From a virus, in IMG/VR virus record IMGVR_UViG_3300036791_000264, positions 1 through 64,000 of that record: a stretch of DNA of 64,000 nt; one strand, 5' to 3'. The notes below the pieces were generated by a model. The model had not been told where the DNA came from, did not search any database, and was given only the letters and a program-made list of their open reading frames with translations. Numbering within the stretch: the stretch's first letter is position 1; each line of letters begins with the position of its first letter. Shown piece by piece: positions 8,395 to 18,390 of this stretch. The translations under genes and the position numbers were made by a program.

Positions 8395-10047
8395 ATGACC
8401 TACGTAGACGATCCTAGCCTCGCTGGTCCGGAGGAAGACGACCGCCCCGATGCGAACGAGGGCCTGTCTGATGATCTGGCCCAGTACGCCCCTGCTGTCC
8501 TTGATCCCGGTCAGCAGGGCTTTGTGGATCACCTTGTGGACAAGGTGTGGGACTTCACCGTGATCTTCAGCGGGATGGCGATGTTCCCCTACCAGGCTGC
8601 CCTGGGCCGGCGCATCATCGAGAGCGTGATCAGTGGAGATGGCGCCACTATCACTGGGGAACTCAGCCGTCAGAGCGGCAAGACAGAGGTGGTTGCTAAC
8701 GTCGCCGCCAGCCTCATGATCCTGCTGCCGCGCCTGGCTGAGATGTTCCCGGAGTTTGAGCCGTTGCAGAAGTTCATCAAGGGCGTGATGGTGGGATGCT
8801 TCGCTCCCGTTGAGCAGCAGGTCGAGACTCTGTTCGGACGTGTGGTCGACCGTCTGACCTCGGAGCGTGCCCTGGAGATGCTGGAGGATCCAGAGATCGA
8901 TGATCAGGTGCGCCCTGGCTCGCGGAAGGTGCGCCTGAAAAAATGTCAGTCGTTCTGTGCCATGCAGACCGCCAACCCCCGCGCCAAGATCGAGTCCAAG
9001 AGCTACCACATCATCTTTGTGGACGAGTCTCAGTCGGTGGACGAGTACGTTTTGAATAAATCCATCGCCCCCATGGGTGCCTTTTACCTGGCAACTATGG
9101 TCATGACCGGCACTCCAGACATCGTGAAGGGTGTTTTTTACAAGACCATTCAGCACAACCGGCGCATGGAACTGCGTCGGGGTGGCAAGAAAAACCACTT
9201 CCGCTTCGACTGGCATTACTGCGCCCGATTTAACAAAAACTATGCCTCCTACGTCCGGGGCGAGGCCATGCGTACCGGGGAGGACTCCGACGAGTTCCGC
9301 CTCAACTACCGGCTGGAGTGGCTCCTGGAGCGGGGCATGCTCATCACCGAGAGCCGGATGGATGAGCTTGGTGACCCCACCATGCCCATCGTCCAGGCGT
9401 ACTGGAGATCGCCCCTGGTGGCGGGCATTGACTTCGCCAGACGCATGGACTCCACCGTGGTCACCATCGTCTGGGTGGACTGGGACAGGCCCGATGAACT
9501 GGGCTTATACGATCATCGGATACTCGCATGGCTGGAGATGCACGGGGAGGAGTGGGAAGACCAGTACTTCCGGATTGTCGATTTCCTGTCCAACTACTCG
9601 GTGGTAGCCATCGGCGTGGACGCCCAGGGCGTGGGCGACGTGGCCGCGGACCGGCTGAAGCGGTTGCTGCCCCGCATTCAGGTGGAACCCCTGTCGTCCC
9701 AGATCGGGGACCAGTCGGCCCGGTGGAAGCACCTCCAGCAGCTATTACAGCGGGGGCTGATGTCCTGGCCGGCGCACCCCAGGGCCAAGAAGACAAAGAC
9801 CTGGCGCCGGTTCCGCCAGCAGATGGTGGATGTCGAGAAGAGCTACAAGGGTGCCCACCTCGTGGTGTCAGCCCCCAACGAGGTCGGTGTCCACGATGAC
9901 TACGTGGACTCTCTGTCCTGCGCCACCATCATGAGCCAGGTGATGATGGTGCCTGAGGTGGAGATGATGTCGACGCCGTGGGCGTCGTCTGCTCGTCGGG
10001 CGAGGGCTGCTCATCCGCGCCAGCGGGGGAGGCAGAGGACAGCATAG
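8395..10047 (+). CDS. Terminase large subunit
   Basis: SRQSGKTE Walker A, IFVDESQ Walker B, AGIDFAR and HDDYVDS nuclease motifs. Start placed at ATG 8395 after GGAGG. Confidence 0.93.
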   Translation: MTYVDDPSLAGPEEDDRPDANEGLSDDLAQYAPAVLDPGQQGFVDHLVDKVWDFTVIFSGMAMFPYQAALGRRIIESVISGDGATITGELSRQSGKTEVVANVAASLMILLPRLAEMFPEFEPLQKFIKGVMVGCFAPVEQQVETLFGRVVDRLTSERALEMLEDPEIDDQVRPGSRKVRLKKCQSFCAMQTANPRAKIESKSYHIIFVDESQSVDEYVLNKSIAPMGAFYLATMVMTGTPDIVKGVFYKTIQHNRRMELRRGGKKNHFRFDWHYCARFNKNYASYVRGEAMRTGEDSDEFRLNYRLEWLLERGMLITESRMDELGDPTMPIVQAYWRSPLVAGIDFARRMDSTVVTIVWVDWDRPDELGLYDHRILAWLEMHGEEWEDQYFRIVDFLSNYSVVAIGVDAQGVGDVAADRLKRLLPRIQVEPLSSQIGDQSARWKHLQQLLQRGLMSWPAHPRAKKTKTWRRFRQQMVDVEKSYKGAHLVVSAPNEVGVHDDYVDSLSCATIMSQVMMVPEVEMMSTPWASSARRARAAHPRQRGRQRTA

Positions 10048-10129
10048 AGGCCACATTGCTGCCGGTGGCCCGCTGCATCGAGGTGTGATGCGCCCACTGG
10101 TCTGAGATCGACACGCTTTCAGGGTACTG

Positions 10130-10165
10130 GGTGGTCAGGGGGCGCGTGGGTGACGTCACTAGCCT
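10130..10165 (+). promoter_or_regulatory. GGTG-class promoter for the head operon
   Basis: GGTGGTCAGGGGGCGCG at 10130, TAGCCT at 10160. Confidence 0.6.
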
Positions 10166-10202
10166 CGTAGACAGCCCTGAATCCCCTATGGGAGGAGCAG
10201 AT

Positions 10203-10604
10203 ATGTCTCTTGGCCCTGAGCCACAGTTCCCGGAGCGGGGACGGTACCAGTACGACCAGACTGTGGGTCCGAACCAGCCCGGTGGCCGTGGTCCCCTTCG
10301 CTTTGAGGAAGGGCTGGGCACTGACACCGACATCCCCACAGATTTTCAACGGGGCATGACCGAGTTCATGATCTCCGCGCCCGGTCGCATCAACCACGTC
10401 GATCCGAACACCCAGTTCAAGATGCCTGAGGAGACCATGGCTGAGCGCGCCCACGTCGGCTCCGCGGCCTGGATCGACGCCCCCACCATGCTGGGGGAGT
10501 TCGCTCACGGTTCTTTCACGGACCAAGCTGAGGTGCGCTACGAGGAGGTGTACCGCTCGGGAGGCATCCAGAAGCGCCGCGCCCCTGAGGTTGTCACCGA
10601 CTGA
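10203..10604 (+). CDS. Head-region hypothetical protein
   Basis: GGAGGAG RBS then ATG 10203; GPLRFEEGLGTDTDIP...ERAHVGSAAWI, a type of gene seen between terminase and portal in actinophages. Confidence 0.75.
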   Translation: MSLGPEPQFPERGRYQYDQTVGPNQPGGRGPLRFEEGLGTDTDIPTDFQRGMTEFMISAPGRINHVDPNTQFKMPEETMAERAHVGSAAWIDAPTMLGEFAHGSFTDQAEVRYEEVYRSGGIQKRRAPEVVTD

Positions 10605-10605
10605 G

Positions 10606-10881
10606 ATGGCGCCTGAAGGTAGCTTCCGGCATGACCTTGCCTGGGGTCTTCGCGGGCTTCGTAGGTCGAGTCCCCTTGAACCGATTGTTCAGGGCGCTCG
10701 TGTGCTTCGCGGGTGGGGTCAGGATCTCTCTGACCTCCACCATGACCGACGTGTGGAGGGCCGTAGGAATACGCCCACAGATCGCAACGCTCTGCACGCT
10801 GAGGGAAAAAATCCCAGCTTCGGCTTCGGTGCGACCGGGATGGGTGGGGGAGGAGACACGATGGGCGGGAGAGGCTGGTAA
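10606..10881 (+). CDS. Hypothetical protein
   Basis: Fills the gap between flanking genes; TAATG overlap with the next gene. Confidence 0.55.
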   Translation: MAPEGSFRHDLAWGLRGLRRSSPLEPIVQGARVLRGWGQDLSDLHHDRRVEGRRNTPTDRNALHAEGKNPSFGFGATGMGGGGDTMGGRGW

Positions 10882-12677
10882 TGCCACGTCGTAGTACCCA
10901 GGGACCGGCGGCACCCTCCGGGGTGCTTCAGGTCGAGGATCTCAGCCGCAGTAGTCTCCGCGCCGCCAAGGAGAACTGGGCTGAGATGGGCATGGCGAAG
11001 CAGCGCATCGGTGGTGCCATCGAGGAGGCTGGACGAGCCAAGGCATCGGCAAAAGAGCGCCATGGTTCCCCTGAGGGAGAAGAGGACGAAACTCCTGGCG
11101 ACTACGAGAAGAAGATGGGCCACCGGGAGTCCACTCTCAAGGCCGTCGAGCCTCATGTGGAGGACAAGCCCATCACCATGCGGGGAGCCATCTCCCAGCG
11201 ACTCAAGTTGGCTGAAGCGGGCCGGCAGCGGGCGCGCCAGGAAGGTGGGATTGGCGAGGCTGACTGGTTCTTCACCCACCACAACCTGATCAGGGGAGCG
11301 GCTCGGGAGACCGGTACTGCGACCGGGACCGCCATCAGATCCACCACTGGTATGTCTCCGATGAACCCACCGGAGACAGAGCGTGCTGCTGGTCACGGCA
11401 TGATGCGCCTGGTCAATGAGCCGCACACGGTGGAGATGACGCCAGAGCTTCACAAAGCCACCAAGGCCAAGGTGAAGAAGCTGGGTGGCCCTCCCATCCC
11501 GGAGGAGCAGATCGGCCAGACGGTCAAGACCAAGGATCTTCACCACACCCACCTGGCCGCTATTGGGTCGGTGGACGCCTCCATGCGGAAGAAGGGCACC
11601 CCGATCCAGTCGACCGCGCCCGAAGCCTTCACGGCCCTAGGAGCCACCCGGCAATCCGCGGCTGCCGCCAAGGGCATGCAGCACCTCCGGGGACAGACGC
11701 CACCAGGGCAGCAGGTCATCCATCCCTGGACAAGTCCCAAGGTGAAGAGCTACGAGGAGTCCACCCAGGAGGCAGAGCCAGGATCTGCGGAGCATGGTGA
11801 GTTGGGGGTCCGACTGCACCACTGGATCCATGGCGACCCCAACCAGGGTGTGCTGGATCTGTGGGGTAAGCGCCACTCCGAAGAGGGCATGCTGAGTTCA
11901 GGCCGGAAGCCTGGCCCTGGTAGCCATACACCGGAGGACACCTGGATGCAGTCGGTGTCAACCGGGCAGACCCCGAAGAACATCGGGGGCGGGGGCCGTG
12001 GTGTCAGTGTCGCCAAGACGGTGGGCAGCGAGTCTCGGCTGGCCGGCGCGGAGGCCATGACCAAGACGACCCCCTCAGGCGGGAAGATCGACGTCGACCC
12101 CCTCATCGGTGGCTACGCCGTCACCCACGCCCTGAACAACTTCGCCACCCGGCAGGCATCTCAACGTGTTCCCATCCGAATGGGCGCTGAGTACCCGAAG
12201 GGCAAAGAACCCAAGGTCGAGACCTATCGCGGCGAGGGTGGTGAGGAGCGGAAACGGCTGGTGGGCGGGGAGGCTCAGCTGGTGACCACCAACATGCCGG
12301 TGCGTGCCCTGCACCCCATCGTGTGGAGCGAGATGCGCCGTCAGGCTGACAAGGATCCGGAGTACAGGAAGGCTCAGGAGTCCACGGCCAGGCGGGCTGA
12401 GGTCGGTGGCCGGCAGTTTGAGGCAGAGCAGTTGACCACCCACAGGAAGGTCGAGAGAAGGAAGGCCGGCGTGCCCGCACCGACCCAGACCCAGATGCCG
12501 GGTGAAGTTCAGCGAGGTCAGCGGGGCCAGGTCAGGACGCGGCGAGGTGAGGTCGTACGAGGGCCGGCGCGCACGGTGCCGTTGCCCAAACGGGCAACTC
12601 AGCCGGCCATGTTCGCTGAGAGCGGGGAGCCGACAGCCGCGGCCAGGATCCCCAAGAGGAATCAGAGAGGTGCGTAA
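10881..12677 (+). CDS. Large basic head-region protein with a possible divergent DNA-acting helical domain
   Basis: 598 aa, coupled at both ends (TAATG). Contains DWFFTHH...MSPMNP...SPKVKSY...EDTW...LHPIVWSEMRR. Confidence 0.7.
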   Translation: MPRRSTQGPAAPSGVLQVEDLSRSSLRAAKENWAEMGMAKQRIGGAIEEAGRAKASAKERHGSPEGEEDETPGDYEKKMGHRESTLKAVEPHVEDKPITMRGAISQRLKLAEAGRQRARQEGGIGEADWFFTHHNLIRGAARETGTATGTAIRSTTGMSPMNPPETERAAGHGMMRLVNEPHTVEMTPELHKATKAKVKKLGGPPIPEEQIGQTVKTKDLHHTHLAAIGSVDASMRKKGTPIQSTAPEAFTALGATRQSAAAAKGMQHLRGQTPPGQQVIHPWTSPKVKSYEESTQEAEPGSAEHGELGVRLHHWIHGDPNQGVLDLWGKRHSEEGMLSSGRKPGPGSHTPEDTWMQSVSTGQTPKNIGGGGRGVSVAKTVGSESRLAGAEAMTKTTPSGGKIDVDPLIGGYAVTHALNNFATRQASQRVPIRMGAEYPKGKEPKVETYRGEGGEERKRLVGGEAQLVTTNMPVRALHPIVWSEMRRQADKDPEYRKAQESTARRAEVGGRQFEAEQLTTHRKVERRKAGVPAPTQTQMPGEVQRGQRGQVRTRRGEVVRGPARTVPLPKRATQPAMFAESGEPTAAARIPKRNQRGA

Positions 12678-12880
12678 TGGCTGAGGTACAACCGCTGAAG
12701 ACCAAGGGCGTACCGGTCGACTACATGGATCTCCAGACCCTGTGGAACGACCGGCGTGACCCCCATGCCAGTCCCCTCTCGTCATCGCCCCGACGAGAGG
12801 GGGGCCGTGCTTCTGGCGCCAGTTCCCTGGGTGGCCTGGTCGAGCAGATCTATCGGGGTAAGCCTGAGAAGGGCGAGTGA
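12677..12880 (+). CDS. Hypothetical protein
   Basis: 67 aa, GAGAGG RBS, overlaps neighbours. Confidence 0.6.
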   Translation: MAEVQPLKTKGVPVDYMDLQTLWNDRRDPHASPLSSSPRREGGRASGASSLGGLVEQIYRGKPEKGE

Positions 12881-13089
12881 TGCCTGAAGTCGAGCTTCAG
12901 ACAGCACCACCCATCATCTTGGCGACGTCGACCCTGGGCCAGGTGATGAAGCCTCGTCATGCCGCCATGGCGGCTCAGTCTGAGACCAAGCAACTCCAGA
13001 AGCAGGCGGCGCGCCGGCTGCTACAGCAACAGCAGCGCCGCAGTTTGCCCATCACCCAGGTGGACTTCTACAACAAGCTGGCCCGCTGA
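12877..13089 (+). CDS. Hypothetical protein
   Basis: 70 aa, directly upstream of the portal. Confidence 0.6.
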   Translation: MMPEVELQTAPPIILATSTLGQVMKPRHAAMAAQSETKQLQKQAARRLLQQQQRRSLPITQVDFYNKLAR

Positions 13090-13092
13090 TAA

Positions 13093-14859
13093 ATGTCGAT
13101 CCAGTTCCAGTCCCCTAGCTATCGAGCGGCGTCGTCAGACCTGACGATCCAGATCAGCCCGCTCGGGCTGGTGGAACTCGCGGACGAAGAGTTTGAGGTA
13201 CATGGCCCCAGGCTGAATCGCTATGCCATGAACTGGGCCTTCTACCTGGGTTACCACTGGGCGCAGCGACCGGACCTGGGTGAGCCACAACTCACGTTCA
13301 ACTGGACTCGTGCCCTCAGTGACTTCACCACCAACTTCGTCTTCGGCAAGGGGGTGGGCTTCCGCTCCCCGGATGCCACCAGCGCCATCGTGCCCACCCG
13401 ATTGCAGCGCATCTGGGAGAGGGACAACAAGAAGGACTCCCTGCTGTGGGAGATGGGGTCCATGGGGTCGGTCACGGGCGACTGCTTTGTGAAGGTGGCC
13501 TACGAGGAACCGTGGGAAGATCCATCAGGGATGCCACATCCGGGCAGGGTGCGGATTCTGCCCCTGAACTCTGCGTTCTGCTTCCCGGAGTGGCATCCCC
13601 ACGACAGAAAAAGGCTCATCCGCTTCAAACTCAAGTACCGATTTTGGGGGACCACCCAGGAGGGCACGCGCCAGGTCTTCACCTACACCGAGTTGCTCAC
13701 TGAGGAGAACATCGAGGAGTACGTCAACGACGAGTTGATCGACCAGCGTGAGAACCCGCTCGGTGAGATTCCCATTGTCCACATCAGCAACTTGCCAATC
13801 GCTTCATCGCCCTGGGGAATGCCTGACATCCAGGACGTGACCGTCCTGAACCGGACCTACAACGAGGTCGCTACCGACATCACCGACATCGTGAACTATC
13901 ACGCTGCTCCGGTGACGGTGGTGATCGGCGCTCGGGCCTCCAACCTGGAGAAGGGGAGCCACCAGACCTGGAGCATCCCCAACAAGGAAGCCAAGGTCGA
14001 GAACCTGCTCTTCGATCCTCGTGGCGTCGAGTACTGCATCAAGCTGTTGGACGTCCTCAAGCAGGCCATGCACGAGATGACTGGCGTCCCCAAGACCGCC
14101 CTGGGTGAAGAGCAGGCCATCTCCAACACGTCTGGTGTGGCCCTGGCGATTCAGTACCAGCCCCTCATGAACCGGTTCAACCTCAAGAAGACCCAGTACG
14201 GGGAAGGCTTCGCAGAGGTCAACCGGTTGGCCCTGAAGACCCTGTTCATGAAAGAGCCTGAGACCCTGGTCTACAACCCCACCTGGGATCCGCCCATCCA
14301 GGATGACCAGATGCCCATGCTCGATCCCATGGACCCGATCACCTACGAGAACACGGTCCACTTCCAGCCGCCGCTCCCGGTGGACAAGCTGGTGCTGCTC
14401 AACGAGCTACAGGTGAAGATGGCCCTGGGCCTGGAGTCCAAGCGTGGCGCCCTGGAGGAACTGGGCGAAGAGTTTCCCGAAGAAAAGCTCCAGGAACTCT
14501 TCCACGAGCTACTCGATGACTCGGAGCAACAGGCCGCGCTGGAGCTACTCAAGGCCCAGGTGGCGTCCCTTGTCGCCAACATGACCGGCATGGTCAGCCC
14601 AGAGGGTCCGCAGCCCATACCACCTCCACCTCAGAATGGCAATGGCAACGGGAAGAGCAAGAGCGACGGCGGTGGTGTGAAGTCGGCGGGTGGCCCCAAC
14701 GTGAGCAGCGCCCCAGGCTCGGCCCCGAAGATCGGCGCCTTGCCTGGGATCGACCTCACCAACAGCGACGACGTGAAGAAGATGTTTGAGCGGGTAGTGG
14801 CGTTGGCTCACGGCACCACGATCCCGCAGCGCCGAGTACCAGAGGAGGACGAAGCCTAA
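13093..14859 (+). CDS. Portal protein (SPP1 gp6-like)
   Basis: GSVTGDCFV, NPLGEIPIVHISN, ISNTSGVALAI motifs; position between terminase and scaffold. Confidence 0.9.
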   Translation: MSIQFQSPSYRAASSDLTIQISPLGLVELADEEFEVHGPRLNRYAMNWAFYLGYHWAQRPDLGEPQLTFNWTRALSDFTTNFVFGKGVGFRSPDATSAIVPTRLQRIWERDNKKDSLLWEMGSMGSVTGDCFVKVAYEEPWEDPSGMPHPGRVRILPLNSAFCFPEWHPHDRKRLIRFKLKYRFWGTTQEGTRQVFTYTELLTEENIEEYVNDELIDQRENPLGEIPIVHISNLPIASSPWGMPDIQDVTVLNRTYNEVATDITDIVNYHAAPVTVVIGARASNLEKGSHQTWSIPNKEAKVENLLFDPRGVEYCIKLLDVLKQAMHEMTGVPKTALGEEQAISNTSGVALAIQYQPLMNRFNLKKTQYGEGFAEVNRLALKTLFMKEPETLVYNPTWDPPIQDDQMPMLDPMDPITYENTVHFQPPLPVDKLVLLNELQVKMALGLESKRGALEELGEEFPEEKLQELFHELLDDSEQQAALELLKAQVASLVANMTGMVSPEGPQPIPPPPQNGNGNGKSKSDGGGVKSAGGPNVSSAPGSAPKIGALPGIDLTNSDDVKKMFERVVALAHGTTIPQRRVPEEDEA

Positions 14860-14862
14860 GCC

Positions 14863-15669
14863 ATGACCGTCACCGATCCAGGAACCGCCCCGCCCGAAGG
14901 CGACCCGCCGCAGCCGCCTGACCCCAACAGCATCACCGTCCCTGTCACTCCACCTGAGCCAACGGCGCCCACCAGTGGCAATCGCTCCCAGCGCTCCGGT
15001 GAGCCGCCTCAGGCGTTCACCAGTGAGGATGTCGAGCGGATTCGCCAGGAGGAGCGCAATCGGGTACTGGCAGAGCAGCAGCGTGCGGACCAGCTAGAAA
15101 ATGAGTTGGCTCAGTACCGCAAGGATGCTGAGGATCGCCAGGCCGCAGAGGCCAAGGCCCAACGGGACGCGGCCCGTGTCCAGAAGAAAAAAGAAGAGGA
15201 CGAGATGGAGCTTCGTGACCTGATCCAGAAGAAGGATCAGGAGTGGGAGGCTCGTCTTCAGGAGGAGCGGACTGAGAGGGAAAAAGCCTTTGTCATGCTG
15301 GAACAGGAGCGCCGGCATGCCTCCCTTCAGACCTACCTGGCCCAGCGCATGGCAGAAATGGGTGAGGAAATCTCGCCCGAACTACGTGATCTTGTAGCCG
15401 GAAACTCAGAGCAAGAGATCGACGCTTCCATCCAGATTCTCGTGCAAAAATCTGAGTTGATCAAAAATAACGCCGTGTCGGCTATGCGGAATATCAACGC
15501 TGGCCGTCCTATGGTGGGAGTCACCGCGCCCCCAGTCGGTCCCATGGAAACAAGCGGGACGACACGCACGTATACAGCCGATGAACTCAAGGCGATGACC
15601 CCCGAAGAGTACGCTGCTGAACGAGACAACTTGCTTCGTGCAGCGTCGCAAAGCCGTCGAGGACAATAG
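14863..15669 (+). CDS. Capsid scaffolding protein
   Basis: Pro-rich N-terminus, long charged coiled coil, C-terminal ELKAMTPEEYAAER; directly upstream of the MCP. Confidence 0.8.
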   Translation: MTVTDPGTAPPEGDPPQPPDPNSITVPVTPPEPTAPTSGNRSQRSGEPPQAFTSEDVERIRQEERNRVLAEQQRADQLENELAQYRKDAEDRQAAEAKAQRDAARVQKKKEEDEMELRDLIQKKDQEWEARLQEERTEREKAFVMLEQERRHASLQTYLAQRMAEMGEEISPELRDLVAGNSEQEIDASIQILVQKSELIKNNAVSAMRNINAGRPMVGVTAPPVGPMETSGTTRTYTADELKAMTPEEYAAERDNLLRAASQSRRGQ

Positions 15670-15699
15670 AGGTAGTACCCGAAATCAGGAGGTAGGCAA

Positions 15700-16710
15700 G
15701 TGCCGTCCAGCATCACTGGAACCCCACTGCTGAGTGCGTCACCCACCGGTTATCCGGGTACGAACTCACAACTTTCCCCGGCCATCCAGGTCATCTGGTC
15801 GAAAGAGATCCTCTTCCAATCGATGCCCGTACTGCGTTTTGAGCAGTTCGCTGTCAAGAAGACCGAACTCGGTGTACAACCGGGTCTTCAAGTGAACTTC
15901 ATGCGTTATAACAACCTGGGTGACGCCACGCAGTTGGTTGAAGGTGTCCGCATGCAGACCGCCGCCCTCACGGCCAGCCAGTACGCCATCACGGTGGCTG
16001 AGCAGGGCTACGCCGTGGCCGTGAGCGAACTGCTGCTCAACTCGTCCTTCGATGACGTCATGGCCTCGTCCTCGCGGCTCCTGGGCCGCAACATGGCGAA
16101 GTACCTGGATGGGTCCGCACGAGACACCCTGTACCAGTCGTCATCGGCCATCTTCGGCTATGCCCTGCCGACTGGCACCATCACCCCGCTGTCGCCCTAC
16201 GACGCTGGTGTGGTGGCTGCCAACTACAGCGCTCTGGCCGGCACCCAGTTCATGTCTGTCAATGTTTCCAAGGACGCCGTCGAGACCTTGGCTACCAAGA
16301 ACGTGCCGCGCATCGGTGAGACCTACGTGGCCTTCATCGACCCGCACCAGTCCCGGCGCCTGCGTGACAACCCTGAGTTCATCGAGATGACGAAGTACGC
16401 CGCCGCCGGCAACTTCATGATCGGTGAGATCGGGCGCTTGAACGACGTGGTGTACATCGAGACCACGCAGATCCGCCAGTACGCCGTCAACACTGGCCCT
16501 CCGGGCATGGGCGCCACCACCAACGCTGGCGTCACCCACGGGGCTATGTTCCTGGGTGATAACGCCTTCGGTCACGCCATCGCATTGCCGGTGGAACTTC
16601 GTGATGGTGGCGTCCTTGACTTCGGTCGTGAACACGCGTTGTGCTGGTACGCGATATGGGGTTTCGGACTGATCACCGATCAGAGCGTTGTCATCGCCTG
16701 GACGAACTGA
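15700..16710 (+). CDS. Major capsid protein (N4-gp56-like, HK97 fold)
   Basis: WSKEILFQSMPVLRFEQFA, EQGYAV, GEIGRL, DFGREHALCWYAIWG; AGGAGG RBS. Confidence 0.92.
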   Translation: MPSSITGTPLLSASPTGYPGTNSQLSPAIQVIWSKEILFQSMPVLRFEQFAVKKTELGVQPGLQVNFMRYNNLGDATQLVEGVRMQTAALTASQYAITVAEQGYAVAVSELLLNSSFDDVMASSSRLLGRNMAKYLDGSARDTLYQSSSAIFGYALPTGTITPLSPYDAGVVAANYSALAGTQFMSVNVSKDAVETLATKNVPRIGETYVAFIDPHQSRRLRDNPEFIEMTKYAAAGNFMIGEIGRLNDVVYIETTQIRQYAVNTGPPGMGATTNAGVTHGAMFLGDNAFGHAIALPVELRDGGVLDFGREHALCWYAIWGFGLITDQSVVIAWTN

Positions 16711-16714
16711 CGGC

Positions 16715-17245
16715 ATGCCTAGAGGAGCGCAACGCGGTGACTTCACTGGTAGCCAGCGGCAACGACTGGCTGAGGAAAACGCCGCAGAGTTAGCAGAGCG
16801 TCAGCAGCAAGTCGGCCTGGTGAATCAGGTTGATACGGTGCGTGAGGAAGAGGGGATTTGGGATCCTTCGACGGGTCAGGTGATGGAGTTATCACCTGAG
16901 ACTGAGGATAGGATCCGCGAGCTTGAGGAGCCGGTAACGGTTGACACTGACCCGATCCTGGATCCCTCTGTCCCTGTGCCAGGCTACGACCCCATGAGGG
17001 ATCTCCAGCCAGTCGGGGTGCAGCAGCAGGCCAGGCCGGCGACTGCTAATCCTCTGGAGGTGCAAGACCTGGGGCCTGAGCCGATGACCGTCGAGAGCGA
17101 GTGGCGGGTCATCCGGGTCAACACCGACATCGAGGACATGACCTACGGTGTCGGCACCAGCTACACCTTCCTGCGAGGCCGGCGCTATCGCGTCCCGTAT
17201 CCGCTGTACCAGTGGCTGGAGAGTCGTGGTGTCATCTACCACTGA
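16715..17245 (+). CDS. Hypothetical head-associated protein
   Basis: ATG 16715 just after the MCP; C-terminal IRVNTDIEDMTYG...FLRGRRYRVP...LESRG. Confidence 0.7.
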   Translation: MPRGAQRGDFTGSQRQRLAEENAAELAERQQQVGLVNQVDTVREEEGIWDPSTGQVMELSPETEDRIRELEEPVTVDTDPILDPSVPVPGYDPMRDLQPVGVQQQARPATANPLEVQDLGPEPMTVESEWRVIRVNTDIEDMTYGVGTSYTFLRGRRYRVPYPLYQWLESRGVIYH

Positions 17246-17549
17246 GCCAGCCCCTGAGCCAGTAGAGCGCACCTGTGCCAAGTGTGGGGCCTCTGACACT
17301 GAGCCGCACCACGTCAACTACGTAGCTCTCACACACCCGATCAGCGGTCAGGGCGTGGACTTGTCCGTAAGCAAGCACGTCCAGTGCTGCGCCGAAGACG
17401 GTTGCCCTATCTGCTCGGCTGACGTCGAGCGCGCTGCTGAGGAAGGGGCTGATCCCTCCCGGCTACGGGACTTCCTCCAGAACCGTCCTGCTGATCACCA
17501 GGGGATGCTCCAGGAACAGTTCGGAGTAGCAGTTGCCCAGGAGGGCTAA
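17229..17549 (+). CDS. Cys/His-rich hypothetical protein
   Basis: CAKC...HH...HVQCC...CPIC; start uncertain (GTG 17229). Confidence 0.55.
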   Translation: MSSTTEPAPEPVERTCAKCGASDTEPHHVNYVALTHPISGQGVDLSVSKHVQCCAEDGCPICSADVERAAEEGADPSRLRDFLQNRPADHQGMLQEQFGVAVAQEG

Positions 17550-17947
17550 TGGCGAACCTCGTCACAACTGAAGCTGGGAATATCCTGGCGGCAAGCTCAG
17601 GCCAGGCCAGCTACATCGCTCCGGTTTTGCCCGTCCAGGTGGCCCTGGTGACGGCCATGGGCACGGCCTCTACGCCTGGTACAGAGGTGGTGAACACCAC
17701 CACTCCTGCCAGTCAGTACGCCCGTCAGAACATCACCTTCGCTGCGCCTAATGCCGGCAGCATCGCCTCCAGCAATGCTCTGACGTTCGTCAACTGCCCT
17801 GCCGCGACCATCGTGGGAATCGATGAGTTCGACAGTGCTGCCCCACCGGTTAGACGCTGGTTCGGCCCACTGTCGACCACTAAGTCAGTGAACGCGGGTG
17901 ACACCTTTAGCATTAGTATCGGTAGCTATAGCAAGAGCATGTCCTGA
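17549..17947 (+). CDS. Small virion structural protein (minor tail/decoration type)
   Basis: YARQNITFAAP...LTF...KSVNAGDTFSI beta-rich pattern; GGAGGG RBS. Confidence 0.7.
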   Translation: MANLVTTEAGNILAASSGQASYIAPVLPVQVALVTAMGTASTPGTEVVNTTTPASQYARQNITFAAPNAGSIASSNALTFVNCPAATIVGIDEFDSAAPPVRRWFGPLSTTKSVNAGDTFSISIGSYSKSMS

Positions 17948-18139
17948 ATGGCCGTCGTCAGCGGCGTGGTCAACATGTCGGTGACGACGTCAATGGCCGT
18001 GGTGGGTAACTCGCACATCACCACGACCCCCCTGGTCGACCAGATCGCCGCTCTCGCTGGTCAGGATCCCGCTCTGCTCGGAGCTACTGGGTACGCGGAC
18101 GACGTCTTTACGACGCGTCTGGCTGGAGACATCAACTAG
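17948..18139 (+). CDS. Hypothetical protein
   Basis: 63 aa immediately after the previous stop. Confidence 0.55.
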   Translation: MAVVSGVVNMSVTTSMAVVGNSHITTTPLVDQIAALAGQDPALLGATGYADDVFTTRLAGDIN

Positions 18140-18144
18140 CGCAC

Positions 18145-18390
18145 CTACCGCTTCAGTTCGTCTTCTGGGTGAGTCCGGGTAGCTTTACGGTCCACTCGGA
18201 TCCTGATCCAGTTCTCGATGGGGAGTACTCCCAGTAGAATCAGACCACAGATCAGGAAGGCAACGTCGTGCCCTGGACTGATGAGGGCATAAAGGATCAC
18301 CACCACGCCCAGGATGAAGATGATGGCTCGCCGGATCAGATCGAACCAGATCGGGCCGTTGATGCTGGCTAGGTTACCGGGGCGGTCCAA
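18145..18390 (-). CDS. Putative holin (2 TM helices)
   Basis: AIIFILGVVVILYALI and VAFLICGLILLGVLPI hydrophobic segments, charged tail, directly downstream of the endolysin. Start uncertain (TTG 18390). Confidence 0.6.
   Translation of the reverse strand: MDRPGNLASINGPIWFDLIRRAIIFILGVVVILYALISPGHDVAFLICGLILLGVLPIENWIRIRVDRKATRTHPEDELKR

Noticed and set aside
8015-10202. tRNA or structured ncRNA in intergenic gaps (8015-8394, 10048-10202)
   Set aside because: No cloverleaf or T-loop signature was recognised; only short hairpins and promoter motifs.
10203-13110. QF in the N-termini of the portal (MSIQF) and the 10203 protein (MSLGPEPQF) as tag copies
   Set aside because: They lack the L-[SN]-x-x spacing; too weak to count, though worth including in a motif scan.
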